Origin: an uncultured Gemmatimonadaceae bacterium
GTDB taxonomy: Bacteria > Gemmatimonadota > Gemmatimonadetes > Longimicrobiales > Gaopeijiaceae
DNA length: 64,000 bases
Direction: 5' to 3'
NCBI GenBank assembly: GCA_964572045.1
Contig: CAZNEI010000009.1
Span: 49 to 64,048, forward strand
In this document: in pieces, positions 47,402 to 57,192 of the stretch
Layout: each line of letters opens with the position of its first letter
Numbering within the stretch: the stretch's first letter is position 1
Notes under the pieces: model-generated
Told to the model about the DNA's origin: nothing
The model's database searches: none
Seen by the model: the letters and a program-made list of their open reading frames with translations, nothing else
Program-made: the position numbers and the translations under genes

Positions 47402-48940
47402 ATGGCGCGTATCGCGATCGGCGGCTTCCAGCACGAGACGAATACCTTCGCACCGATGCTGACGCCCTTCTGGGAATTCGAGCGACACGACAGCTGGCCG
47501 GGGATCACGCGCGGGGCCGAACTGATCGACGCGGTGGCTGGCATCAACATTCCCATCGCCGGCTTCATCGAAGCCGCGAGGGCCACTCACGATCTGGCAC
47601 CGATGACTTGGTGCGCGGCCGAGCCGTCGTCCTTCGTGACCGCCGACGCCTTCGAGCGCATCAGTGCCATGCTGTGCGAGGACCTCGCTGCACAGGGACC
47701 GTTCGATGGAGTCTATCTCGATCTTCACGGCGCCATGGTGGTCGAGCATTACGAGGACGGCGAGGGGGAGCTCCTGCGCCGGGTCCGGAGCGTGGTGGGC
47801 GATGACGTTCCGGTGGCCGCGAGCCTGGACCTGCACGCGAATGTCACCGCGGCCATGGTCGACCACGCCACGACCCTGTCGATCTACCGCACGTACCCGC
47901 ATCTCGACTTCAGCGCCACCGGGGCACGTGCCGCCGCCTCGCTCGAGCGTACGCTCGACGGCGAGCGGATGGCCAAGGCGTTTCGCAAGGCGCCGTTCCT
48001 GCTGCCACTGACCGCCCAGTGCACCGACTTCGAGCCCAACCGGTCACTCTACCGGCAGGTCAGGGAGATGGAAGGAGTCGCAGCGGCGGGAGTCGATCTC
48101 GCCCTGGGCTTTCCGCCCGCCGACATCTACGAATGCGGTCCCGGGGTGGTCGCCTACGACCCCGACCAAGACGTGGCTGACGCTGCAGCCGATGCCCTGT
48201 TCGCGGCGCTGCTCAAGGCCGAGGCGGAGTTCGAGAACCCTCTCGTCGACGCCGGGACGGCGGTGCGGCGTGCCATGGCCAATGAGGTCCTGGGCCCGGT
48301 CGTCTTGGCCGATGCCCAGGACAATCCCGGTGCCGGAGGCACCTCCGACACGACCGGACTGATCCACGCCTTGGTTCGCAACGGAGCTCAGGGCGCGATT
48401 CTCGCCGTTCTCGACGACCCCGAACTGGCGTCGAGGGCCCACGAGCTAGGCGTCGGCGCCCATTTCGACGGGGACCTCGGTGGGAAATCCGGTCAGGCAG
48501 GCCAGAGCCCCTATCGGGGGCGATTCCGAGTCGAGGCCTTGGGAGACGGGTGCTTCACATGTACAGGCGAAATGTTCCGCGGCACGACGACGAACCTCGG
48601 TCCGATGGCCCTGCTGGAGATTGAGCACGATGGGGCCGACGTGCGCGTGATCGTCGGCAGCAGCCGCTTTCAGTGCGCTGATCAGGCAGTCTTCCGGCAC
48701 CTCGGAGTCGAGCCTTCCGAGCAGAGAATCCTGGCCGTCAAGAGCTCCGTCCATTTCCGAGCCGACTTCGATGGGATCGCGACAGAAACGATCGTAGTCG
48801 AGGCACCAGGCTGCCACCCCTGCCGACTCGAAGGGCTCGAATACCAGAACTTGCGGGAGGGCGTTCGCCTCGGCGCCCTAGGTCCGGCGTTCACCCGTGA
48901 TGGCTCGCAAGGCATTATGGGGAAGGGCCCTCTGGGGTAG
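47402..48940 (+). CDS. M81-family metallopeptidase (MlrC-like)
   Basis: ATG at 47402. N-terminus MARIAIGGFQHETNTF, then VYLDLHGAMV and ASLDLHAN, typical of MlrC N- and C-terminal domains. Confidence 0.85.
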   Translation: MARIAIGGFQHETNTFAPMLTPFWEFERHDSWPGITRGAELIDAVAGINIPIAGFIEAARATHDLAPMTWCAAEPSSFVTADAFERISAMLCEDLAAQGPFDGVYLDLHGAMVVEHYEDGEGELLRRVRSVVGDDVPVAASLDLHANVTAAMVDHATTLSIYRTYPHLDFSATGARAAASLERTLDGERMAKAFRKAPFLLPLTAQCTDFEPNRSLYRQVREMEGVAAAGVDLALGFPPADIYECGPGVVAYDPDQDVADAAADALFAALLKAEAEFENPLVDAGTAVRRAMANEVLGPVVLADAQDNPGAGGTSDTTGLIHALVRNGAQGAILAVLDDPELASRAHELGVGAHFDGDLGGKSGQAGQSPYRGRFRVEALGDGCFTCTGEMFRGTTTNLGPMALLEIEHDGADVRVIVGSSRFQCADQAVFRHLGVEPSEQRILAVKSSVHFRADFDGIATETIVVEAPGCHPCRLEGLEYQNLREGVRLGALGPAFTRDGSQGIMGKGPLG

Positions 48941-49513
48941 GCACGACGTCTCGCACCACAAGCTCTTCGGAGCGTTCTGCGGTCATGACCGGTCCCCGAA
49001 TCCGACCGGTGCTCACCGATCTCGAAGATTTGATGCACGGCGTCGTGGGCCAGGGAGGCGGCCTAGGCATCTACGGGCCACGGCCGTGCGAGGATGGGTG
49101 GCAGACTGACGCCGTTCCCGCCAAACACCCGTTGCGGGCCAGGATCCGGCCCGTGCGAGACTCCGAGGGAGATGGCGTCGCGCTCGGGCGCCCAGCGAGC
49201 TGCGCTGATCGCCGGCAGCCTCCGTTTTGCGCAGGGCTCGCCTCAGGATTATCATTGCGCTCGACCAGGGGCGGTCGAGCCCGACGCGAGCCTCGATGGT
49301 CCGGGGAAGGCGGGGAGAACGCGAGCTTCAATTGAGTTCACTCGCGCCGGCCGACGGCCCAAAAAAACCCGCGGGCGCAAGGTCGAGCGCCGAACTACCA
49401 GCCGAGGCTGTCTCGATCTCAGGTCACGCTTCCGGAACGTCGACTACATTTTGCAGGGCTCCCGGGATACTCCATGAGCCCGCCCTATCGATGGCGCTTT
49501 CCGCCGAGGAGTC

Positions 49514-49981
49514 ATGCGAATGATGCGGCTGCTGATCTGGGCTGCGGCCCTCGGGCCTCTCGCCGGCTGCTACTCCTATGCCACGCTGGGCGGCTGGGAG
49601 GCATTGACGGTCGATGAGGACATACGCGCCCGGGTGACGGAAGCGGCACAAGCGAGGCTGGACGGAGTCCTCCCCGAGTACGACAACCGAGTCGACGACC
49701 GTTTGGTCGAGGGCAAGGTCGTAGAGTTGAGCCAGGTAGACCTGGTTCTGCTTGTGAGGGGAATCGATGAGACCGGCTTCCGCCAGGAGGAGTTGGGGCA
49801 GCGATTGGTGATCTCCCGGCGAGAGATCTTGGGGCTTGAGAGCATGCAGCTCGACACCTGGAAGACGGGGATTACGACCGCGGCCGCCGCGATGGCGTTC
49901 ACCGCCTTCGCGCTGAAGCAGTTCACCGGGTTCTTTGGCGGCATAGGTCCGGCGACACCCGGGCCAGATCCAGCGCGGTGA
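49514..49981 (+). CDS. Hypothetical lipoprotein with C-terminal hydrophobic segment
   Basis: ATG preceded by GAGGAG. Signal plus lipobox LIWAAALGPLAGC. 155 aa. No family recognised. Confidence 0.55.
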   Translation: MRMMRLLIWAAALGPLAGCYSYATLGGWEALTVDEDIRARVTEAAQARLDGVLPEYDNRVDDRLVEGKVVELSQVDLVLLVRGIDETGFRQEELGQRLVISRREILGLESMQLDTWKTGITTAAAAMAFTAFALKQFTGFFGGIGPATPGPDPAR

Positions 49982-50337
49982 GGCCAGCGATCCACCGCAC
50001 TCCCCCAGCACGAGAAGTCGCCGGCCGTTCGACGCAACGGCGTTTCGCCTCGATGATCAGCGGAACGGCCATTGGCGGTGAAGGCGCCGTCCGATGCGGG
50101 GCCACCAAAGCCCAATATCCAGGCGCCCCAAGCCGCCGGCTTTAGGGTCCCTGGATATCATCCCCCGGAGTGTGGTCGGGGACAACCGTATCCTCCAAGC
50201 CCCCGGCCCGCACCCGTGCTACGGGCGCGAAGATCCCGGCAACGCGTGATCTTCAACCTGCCGCGCGAACGACCCGAGAGGCTACCAAGAACACCTGACC
50301 GTCGTCCGGCGGCTCCTCGCCTGTTCGCTGTCAGCAG

Positions 50338-52272
50338 CTAGGGCAGGCCGAACGCCAACAGAACGTTGCCTGGTTGTCCTCGCAGGATCGCGTATCCGGA
50401 CCCCACGAACACCATGCCATCGACGACCGATGCCCCGGCACCGCCGAATCCGCCTCCGTGCCCCGCCACGCCGTTGATCGTCGAAAAGGTCTGATTCGTT
50501 TGGAACTCCCAGAGGACCTCGCCGTCCTCGGTCGCAAACGCGCGCATCGTCCCATCGGCGGAGCCCACGAAGACCGCACCCGGGACGGCGCTACCCGCCG
50601 CCCAATTCCCCGAATGACAGTACTCGCGCGGCTGTTCACCCACGACCTCAGGACACCCTCTCGGCTTGGGAACCGTCCTATACCACGCGCGAGATCCGTC
50701 CGTCGCCCGGATGGCCGCGAGCCCGCCGCTTCCATCGGGGAACGGCAGCGGCTTCAAGTAATAGGTGCCGTCGAACGCTCCCCCGAAGCCTGCACAGCAC
50801 GCGGCGAGTCCGTCGCCGGCCTGCGATACCCAAAGGACCTCGCCGTTGTTGTCGGGATCGACGGCGGTCATCCGTCCACTCTCCTGCCCCTGAATGAGAA
50901 CCCTGTCGCCGTTGGAGAGCGTATGCAGCACCGGCGAACCGGATGCGTCGGAGTTGGGGCCCACGACCAAGCCTGGACAGTTGATCCTCTGCTCCGGCCC
51001 GAGTCCGCACCCACCGAGGTAGCGATCCAGCGATGAATCCAGGGAAGTCCACCACAAGCGTTCCCCGGTGTCCATGTCGAACGCCATCACCGATTCACAC
51101 ACGCCTTGATCGAAGTCGCGGGTCTCGAAGAACTCGGTGATATAGCAGTTGCTGGTCGGAGCGTAGACGACCCGATTCACCGGATCGAGGGTAGGCGTCT
51201 GCCACACCGACGCCCCGGCGGGACCGTAGAGCTGAGTTCCCGACGAGTTTGTGCGAAGAGGCCTGGGGCGCTCGATGTGCGTGTAGGTCTGCCACACCTC
51301 CTGCCCCGTGTTCGGGTCCAAGGCCGCAACGCTGCCCTGGAAGGTGCAGCACCCATAGGTAGCGGATGCTCCTGGACCTTCCTCCCATGAAGAGACGGGC
51401 ACGTACAGCAACCCACCCTCCGAAGGATCACGAACGATCGATCCGGTGATCTTCGCCCCGGGGTGGTCGTCGGGGCGTACCGTCCAGAGTTCCCCGCCCG
51501 TCTCAGCGTCCAAGGCGGTGACGTACCCCATGTAGTCCCCGTAGTAGGCCGCATAGCGGGCGTCCGTTGCCCCCGTCACTTCACCGATCGTGACAGCCGT
51601 CCGCACCTGTCCCCTGGCCTGATGCGACCAATGCACGCACCCGGTGCGCGCATCGAGAGCGTAGACGAAATTGTTGTCACTGCCGATGAAGAGCGTGCCG
51701 GCGAACACGGTGGGCTGCGCCCAGGAGGCAGAGGTGGCGTCCGGAAGTGCGAAGGCCCACTTCAGCTCGAGATCGCCTACTTGCAGACCTGTAAGCCCGG
51801 CCGCTTCCGCGGGCTGGAAGCGGTGCGACTTGGTCGGGTCAGGGCTCCAGCCGTTCCACGAGGCCCCATCTGCGTTGTCCAGGCTCAATTGAGCCGAGCA
51901 CTGATTGCTCATCGCTTCGGCTCGTCGATGGGCCACGGAACCGCCGAAGGGCTTGCCGGTGACCAATTCGGCCATCGCGCGAAGCTGGTCGTCGCCCCAC
52001 CCCTCCGCCATCGGCGCCATAGTGCCCGTCGTGAGGGACGCCAGCACCCGCTCCGGCATCATCCCCCGGAGGGCTTCCCGATCTGGAGCCCGGTTGTCTG
52101 GGTTCACGTCGTCGTGACACACGGCGCAGCGCTCTTCGAAATCCCACACCATGCTCGCCGCTGAGGCTTCGCCGATCGCTCCCGGAAATGCGTCCTGCAT
52201 CGCCTCGATGGTGCTCGGGAAGAGGGCGATCGAGGCGACGGCTGCCCAGGCGCTTGAGCGTCGTATCAACAT
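50338..52272 (-). CDS. Quinohemoprotein paralog: heme c domain (CAVCH) plus PQQ-type beta-propeller dehydrogenase
   Basis: 644 aa, collinear with the 30392..32353 product. Long identical blocks include LRAMAELVTGKPFGG, AEAMSNQCSA, WNGWSPDPTKS, DLELKWAFA, FIGSDNNFVYA and GNVLLAFGL. Confidence 0.8.
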   Translation of the reverse strand: MLIRRSSAWAAVASIALFPSTIEAMQDAFPGAIGEASAASMVWDFEERCAVCHDDVNPDNRAPDREALRGMMPERVLASLTTGTMAPMAEGWGDDQLRAMAELVTGKPFGGSVAHRRAEAMSNQCSAQLSLDNADGASWNGWSPDPTKSHRFQPAEAAGLTGLQVGDLELKWAFALPDATSASWAQPTVFAGTLFIGSDNNFVYALDARTGCVHWSHQARGQVRTAVTIGEVTGATDARYAAYYGDYMGYVTALDAETGGELWTVRPDDHPGAKITGSIVRDPSEGGLLYVPVSSWEEGPGASATYGCCTFQGSVAALDPNTGQEVWQTYTHIERPRPLRTNSSGTQLYGPAGASVWQTPTLDPVNRVVYAPTSNCYITEFFETRDFDQGVCESVMAFDMDTGERLWWTSLDSSLDRYLGGCGLGPEQRINCPGLVVGPNSDASGSPVLHTLSNGDRVLIQGQESGRMTAVDPDNNGEVLWVSQAGDGLAACCAGFGGAFDGTYYLKPLPFPDGSGGLAAIRATDGSRAWYRTVPKPRGCPEVVGEQPREYCHSGNWAAGSAVPGAVFVGSADGTMRAFATEDGEVLWEFQTNQTFSTINGVAGHGGGFGGAGASVVDGMVFVGSGYAILRGQPGNVLLAFGLP

Positions 52273-52327
52273 AGTTCTACGACTCCCTTAAAGGGGCTTC
52301 GGTGCGACAAGGTCCTTCTTCCAGTGG

Positions 52328-53635
52328 TTACCCTGAGAGGTTCGGATTCCGATCGATCTCCGCCTGGGAAACGGGCAAGCACAGGTCCGCGTTGCGCAGG
52401 TCGGGCTCGCCCTCGATTCCCCCCAGCTCCCACCTGTCGAGCGCGCCGGGCGTGCCCTCTTCCCTCCACCGGCGATGGTCGGACAGCCGGCGAGCCTCGA
52501 GCCACAGCTCGATCCCGCGCTCCTTCTTCAGGTAGCTCCAGGCCTCCTCCACGTTCGCCGGATCGGGCCACGGATCGACGCCGGCCCGCTCACGCAGGCC
52601 ATTGATGAGGGCCATGGCAGGTGCCATCTGGCCGTTGCGAAGGGCCGCCTCAGCCTCTACCAGGCGCATCTCTTCCCCGCTGGAGACCTCGATCGCGTCC
52701 GTCACGCTCGTGTACTTCCCCTGAAGCTTCCAGGGGATCTGCTCCCAAGGATCCAGGCTCGTGTCGCGAACAGGGATTGCGGGGTCGAGGATCCAGGGCA
52801 CCCGGGGATCACCCGTCTGCTCGAAGTACTCATCGTAGAAAGTGTGCCACACCGTATGGGCGCGGACCATGTCACCGTAGGCGAAGTAATTCAGACGATT
52901 CTCGCCTCCTTCGTCGCCGAACGGGAGCGCGTAGGAGAAGTCAGTCGGCACGGCCCCGGCGTCTGCAACGGCCCCCGCCCAGTCACCCAGGTGGATCCGC
53001 ACCGACGCACGGCCGGCGCGGCCCGCGTTCGCGAACTCCGAATGTCCCGCCGCGCTCGCAATCTCGATCGCCTGCGAAAACGACTCTTCGGCTCGCCGCA
53101 GAGCCACGTCGTTATCCTGCGCCTGTCCTCCGTCGAATACGACTTGGCAGTAGAACTCGGCCCACAATCGATGCGTATAGCCGTTCCAGAGATGCGCTTC
53201 CGCCGCCAAGGGCTCCCTGGAGAACTCCGCGGATTCCCAGATCTCTCCGGCCCGTCGGATGGCATCCTCCGCCAGCCATCGGGCGTCGGTGACGTACCAC
53301 CACGGGTCGTGGAACGGCTCCGCATCCGCCACTCCCGTGTGCTGCTTCAAAGACACCCTTCTCCAGAGGTCCAATTCCGCGATGTGCAGCTCGCGGGTCC
53401 GGATGGCGGAGTTGATGCCGATGTAGTGATACGCCTGGTTGAGGTTTCGCTTGATGCCGTTTACCACGGCCTGAAAGACGTCGGGATCGGTCAGCAGCTC
53501 GTCCTCGATGGGACCGGGGTTCGTCACCTCGAAATCACACGCCGTAAGCCCGGCGATGAGTAGGAGAGATGCCCCGACACGCCGACGGCGTGCCTTGCTG
53601 ATCCTGATCGGCACATGCGCGATATGCTTTGACAT
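52328..53635 (-). CDS. RagB/SusD-family outer-membrane nutrient-binding lipoprotein
   Basis: Lipobox LLLIAGLTAC. Helical TPR-like body of 435 aa. Sits 12 nt downstream of a SusC-type receptor gene. Confidence 0.75.
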   Translation of the reverse strand: MSKHIAHVPIRISKARRRRVGASLLLIAGLTACDFEVTNPGPIEDELLTDPDVFQAVVNGIKRNLNQAYHYIGINSAIRTRELHIAELDLWRRVSLKQHTGVADAEPFHDPWWYVTDARWLAEDAIRRAGEIWESAEFSREPLAAEAHLWNGYTHRLWAEFYCQVVFDGGQAQDNDVALRRAEESFSQAIEIASAAGHSEFANAGRAGRASVRIHLGDWAGAVADAGAVPTDFSYALPFGDEGGENRLNYFAYGDMVRAHTVWHTFYDEYFEQTGDPRVPWILDPAIPVRDTSLDPWEQIPWKLQGKYTSVTDAIEVSSGEEMRLVEAEAALRNGQMAPAMALINGLRERAGVDPWPDPANVEEAWSYLKKERGIELWLEARRLSDHRRWREEGTPGALDRWELGGIEGEPDLRNADLCLPVSQAEIDRNPNLSG

Positions 53636-53647
53636 GACTCTGCTCCT

Positions 53648-56557
53648 CTATAGCCGGATGCGGAGGGACGAAGTGAAGATCCTGGGAGGCGAAGGCTGAG
53701 CCCACATCTGGGTCGTGATCTCGTTATCGCGCTGCTGCTCGGGGTCGAACTCGCGGAACTCGTCCTTGGTCCACCGATAAAGGTTTCCGGCGGAGAGTGT
53801 CAGCGAGGCCGAGTAGCTCTCGGGCACCAGGAAGTCCAGAGGGATGCGGGCGCTCAACTCTCTGAGCCTGAAGAAGTCCGCCGGATAGATGAACGTCAGG
53901 GCATCGAGCTCTTCCTGCCAGCAAGTGGCCCGCTCGAGTGCAGTCATCTGATCGATCTGGCCAGCGTCGATCATGCGCTGAGCCTCGATGCACGGACCGT
54001 ACTGCGTCGTGCCGATGAGCATGGCCCACCGACCCCCCTCGTTTCGAATCCAGTGCCCGCCGCGGTATTCGCCGCGCGCCGAAAAGGTGATTCCCCCGGG
54101 AAGCGAAAGCGAGGTGTGGGGCGCCACGACAAGCGGGGGGTAATTCGGGCCGAAGAGGTGGTTTCTCTCGATCTCCGCGGGCCCGATCGCATCCGGGTTG
54201 AGGATCAGGTTGCCCCGAATGACCGGGACGGGCTCTCCCGTGATGACACGGCCGGCCGACGAAGCTCCGAGGTTGGCGTCCGGGTTGCCTAGGTCCACCG
54301 CCTTGCTGTTGAGCGTAGAGACTGCTGCCCCCACGTCCCAGGTCAGGCTCGCGGTCTGGATGAGGGTGGCGTTGACCGACAGCTCCAGGCCCTTGTTCTC
54401 GACCTCCCCGATATTCTCGAGCCGACCGGGCCATCCTCCCATCGACGGCGGCTGCGTAACGGGAAAGAGCGCGTCCGTCGTGGTCTGTTGGAAGTAGGTG
54501 AAGTCGAGGGCGAGCCGATCACTCAGGAGAGAGCTCTCAAACCCCAGCTCGATCTCCGTCGTGGTCTCGGGGCCGAGCTCCGCGTTGCCGGGCGTTCCGA
54601 CGTCGAAGGACCCCTGCCCAGCCCAGGGCGCCGGATTCCAGGTTCTGGTCGCGTCGAAGGCACCCGGTGCGCGGCCAGCCTTCCCCCACGCCGCGCGGAG
54701 CCTCAAGCTGCCCAATGACTCCGACCAGAAGTCCTCGTCCGAGATCACGTACGAGCCGCTGAGCTTCGGGTAGGCCGCCCACCCGAAGTCCTGTCCGAAT
54801 GCGCTGTTGCCATCGAACCGGACGCCTGCGGTCAAGAAGAACCGGTCCCTGAGCTTGAAGACGGCCTGTCCAAAGGCACCTCCCGTAATCACGCGCGACT
54901 TCTCCTCCTCGGCGATCGTGGAGGCACCGCTGCTCAGCGTGGCCTCACCGGGGCCGGAGAAGAACTGGCTGAACGCCCCGACCTGGTGGAAGCTCTTCGT
55001 GACCGTTTGGAAGCCGGCAGACAGGTCCGCCGAGAAGTCGCCGGTCACGTCGAGCGAATACGTCGAGACCTGGTCTATGGTGACCAGTTCGTAGAGCGTG
55101 TTCAGAGTGCCGCGCTTTCCGCCCGCCCTGAGTGGATGGCCGAAGTCGAGGGCCGTCGCCCCGAAGATGTCCGCCCGGTCGTAGCCGACGGTGACCTTGC
55201 TCGTGAGTTCAGGAAACGGTTCAAAGCGCAGCGTTCCGCCGGTCACCAGGCGATCGATGAAGGTGTCGTCGGCGCGATCAAAGACCAACGCGTCGAGCAG
55301 CCCCTCCTTGGGGTCGTTGCGGATCCCCTCGTACATCGACCACGCGCAGATCGCCTCCACGTTGTCGCCACAGCCGACGTTGCCGAGCTGTTTGTGGTTG
55401 AACCCGGTGTTGAGGGACAGATCGAGGTAGTCGGTGAGCTGCACTCCGACGTTGGCGCGCAGGGAGTATCCCTTGTCGATCTCGGTCACGAAGATCCCTT
55501 CGTCGTCTTCGAACTGGCCGGAGAGGAAATACGTGACCGGGCTTGAGCTTCCTCGTACCGAAAGGCTGTACTTCTGCTGAAGTCCGTTTCGCATCCACGG
55601 GTCGAGATACTGGTATTCGATGTTCCCCCCAGCGACGCTCGTGGACTCCGAGAAGTCCGACAGCGGGGTGCCCCGAAGAGTCTTGTTCGGTCCGAACCGG
55701 GACTTCATCACTACCCCCGTCTCAACCGTCGCCTCCACCACGGGTCGTCCGGCGGTGCCCCGCTTGGTGAAGATCTGGATCACGCCCGTCGCCGCCTCGG
55801 CCCCATAGAGGGTCGTCGCAGCCGGGCCCTTGATCACTTCGATCCGCTCGATGTCGTTGGGGTTGATGTCGTTCAACGGAGTCGGCGCCGCGTAGGTCCC
55901 GAAGTAGCGCGGCTCGGCGATCGGGGTATTCATGGGGTAGGGATCACTGCGTACCCGCACACCGTCGACGTAGACCAGGGGCTGATTGCTCAGGGCCCGG
56001 CTGCTGTTTCCCCTCAGACGGATCCCGCCCCCATCCCCCACCTGGCCCGAGCCCAGCGTGACCGTGAGGCCAGGAGTCTGGGCCGAGAGAAGGTCGTCCA
56101 TCGTTCTCGCGGCGACGATGGCGGTGTTTTCGGTGAGGTCGATCGTGGCAAGCGAGTTACCAAGCTCACGCTTTCGAACCTCTCCGGCCGTACCCGTGAC
56201 GACGATCTCGTCGAGTGCCAGGGCCTCCGTCGAGAGCTGGAAATCCACGACCGACGTGCCCCCGGAAGTCACCGTCACCTCCTGGGTGGCCACGCGGTAC
56301 CCGATGCGCTCCGCCTGGATTTCGTGGACTCCGGCGGGGATGTTCACCAACAGATACCTGCCATCCAATCGGGTCAGACCGCCAAGACCGAGCTCGGGCA
56401 GCGTAATCTGGACCGATCCGAGCGAGGCGAGACCATCATCCACGACCTGGCCCGTGATGGTCCCTCCAGCCTGTGCGTGCAGACCGGATGGACTCTGGGC
56501 CATCATGGCCCCCGCGATCAGCACGGCGAGAGTGCGACAGACAAGAACGAATCGCAT
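53648..56557 (-). CDS. SusC/RagA-type TonB-dependent outer-membrane receptor
   Basis: ATG at 56555-56557 preceded by AAGGAG. Signal peptide, carboxypeptidase-regulatory-like domain (ITGQVVDD ... VDFQLS), plug (DEIVVTG ... IEVIKGPAATTLYG) and a long beta-barrel. Confidence 0.9.
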   Translation of the reverse strand: MRFVLVCRTLAVLIAGAMMAQSPSGLHAQAGGTITGQVVDDGLASLGSVQITLPELGLGGLTRLDGRYLLVNIPAGVHEIQAERIGYRVATQEVTVTSGGTSVVDFQLSTEALALDEIVVTGTAGEVRKRELGNSLATIDLTENTAIVAARTMDDLLSAQTPGLTVTLGSGQVGDGGGIRLRGNSSRALSNQPLVYVDGVRVRSDPYPMNTPIAEPRYFGTYAAPTPLNDINPNDIERIEVIKGPAATTLYGAEAATGVIQIFTKRGTAGRPVVEATVETGVVMKSRFGPNKTLRGTPLSDFSESTSVAGGNIEYQYLDPWMRNGLQQKYSLSVRGSSSPVTYFLSGQFEDDEGIFVTEIDKGYSLRANVGVQLTDYLDLSLNTGFNHKQLGNVGCGDNVEAICAWSMYEGIRNDPKEGLLDALVFDRADDTFIDRLVTGGTLRFEPFPELTSKVTVGYDRADIFGATALDFGHPLRAGGKRGTLNTLYELVTIDQVSTYSLDVTGDFSADLSAGFQTVTKSFHQVGAFSQFFSGPGEATLSSGASTIAEEEKSRVITGGAFGQAVFKLRDRFFLTAGVRFDGNSAFGQDFGWAAYPKLSGSYVISDEDFWSESLGSLRLRAAWGKAGRAPGAFDATRTWNPAPWAGQGSFDVGTPGNAELGPETTTEIELGFESSLLSDRLALDFTYFQQTTTDALFPVTQPPSMGGWPGRLENIGEVENKGLELSVNATLIQTASLTWDVGAAVSTLNSKAVDLGNPDANLGASSAGRVITGEPVPVIRGNLILNPDAIGPAEIERNHLFGPNYPPLVVAPHTSLSLPGGITFSARGEYRGGHWIRNEGGRWAMLIGTTQYGPCIEAQRMIDAGQIDQMTALERATCWQEELDALTFIYPADFFRLRELSARIPLDFLVPESYSASLTLSAGNLYRWTKDEFREFDPEQQRDNEITTQMWAQPSPPRIFTSSLRIRL

Positions 56558-57080
56558 AGGACGCTCCTTTGTGAGATGAGCGGCGTGACGGCCGAGCGGT
56601 GTAGGAGGGGCCTCGCCGGCTCTAGCCGCCGGAGAAGATGCGTGTCGATGACGCAGAGGTCCGCCGGGACGAGGCAGCGAGGAACGGCTCTGGGCTAACA
56701 CGATAAGGATCGCTCCCTACCAGTACAGCGTCGACCTGATCATCAAGTAGGCCGTGAGCGGAGCTTTGTCAAATCTCGGGAGGCATGGTCCGTGCTCGCC
56801 TCGCGAGAGTGCCCGGAGGCGTCGGTCGGACCCCGTGCGGATCGAGTGTCACGGCCCTAGGCCCCCGGGGCATGGGAGAGAAACCTGGACGCATGCCCCT
56901 CCACCCCGTGGGGAGGAAGAGCCCGGAAACAGGTGGTGTGGGAGTCGGCCGGCCGCGAACGGCCGCGCTCTCGCCAGCCCGAAGAAGCGGGACAACCGCA
57001 GCACACGCGGGATTCCGCACGGGCTCGTGTTCACGACGACCCAAGGGAGCGGGCGACGACAGGCTTGTCTTGCGCGTCCC

Positions 57081-57098
57081 GGCCCGGGAGACCGGGCC
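57081..57098. terminator. GC-rich hairpin GGCCCGG-GAGA-CCGGGCC downstream of the 57193 gene (possible terminator without U-tract)
   Basis: Perfect 7-bp stem with a 4-nt loop, 95 nt past the stop of the minus-strand PLP-enzyme gene. There is no T-run, so the assignment is weak. Confidence 0.25.
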
Positions 57099-57192
57099 TG
57101 TGACGGCTCAAACCAGAGGATGAGGCCGCAAGATCGACAGCGAACCCAGGTTCCTGCCGGACCGTTGGGAACCTCGCTGTGGACCCTGTCGA

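Noticed and set aside
49361-49367. A7 run (T7 on the minus strand) preceded by GGCGC...GCGCC, a possible minus-strand terminator
   Set aside because: There is no minus-strand gene upstream of it. The nearest is about 950 nt away, with a plus-strand gene in between. The stem is separated from the T-run by 6 nt.
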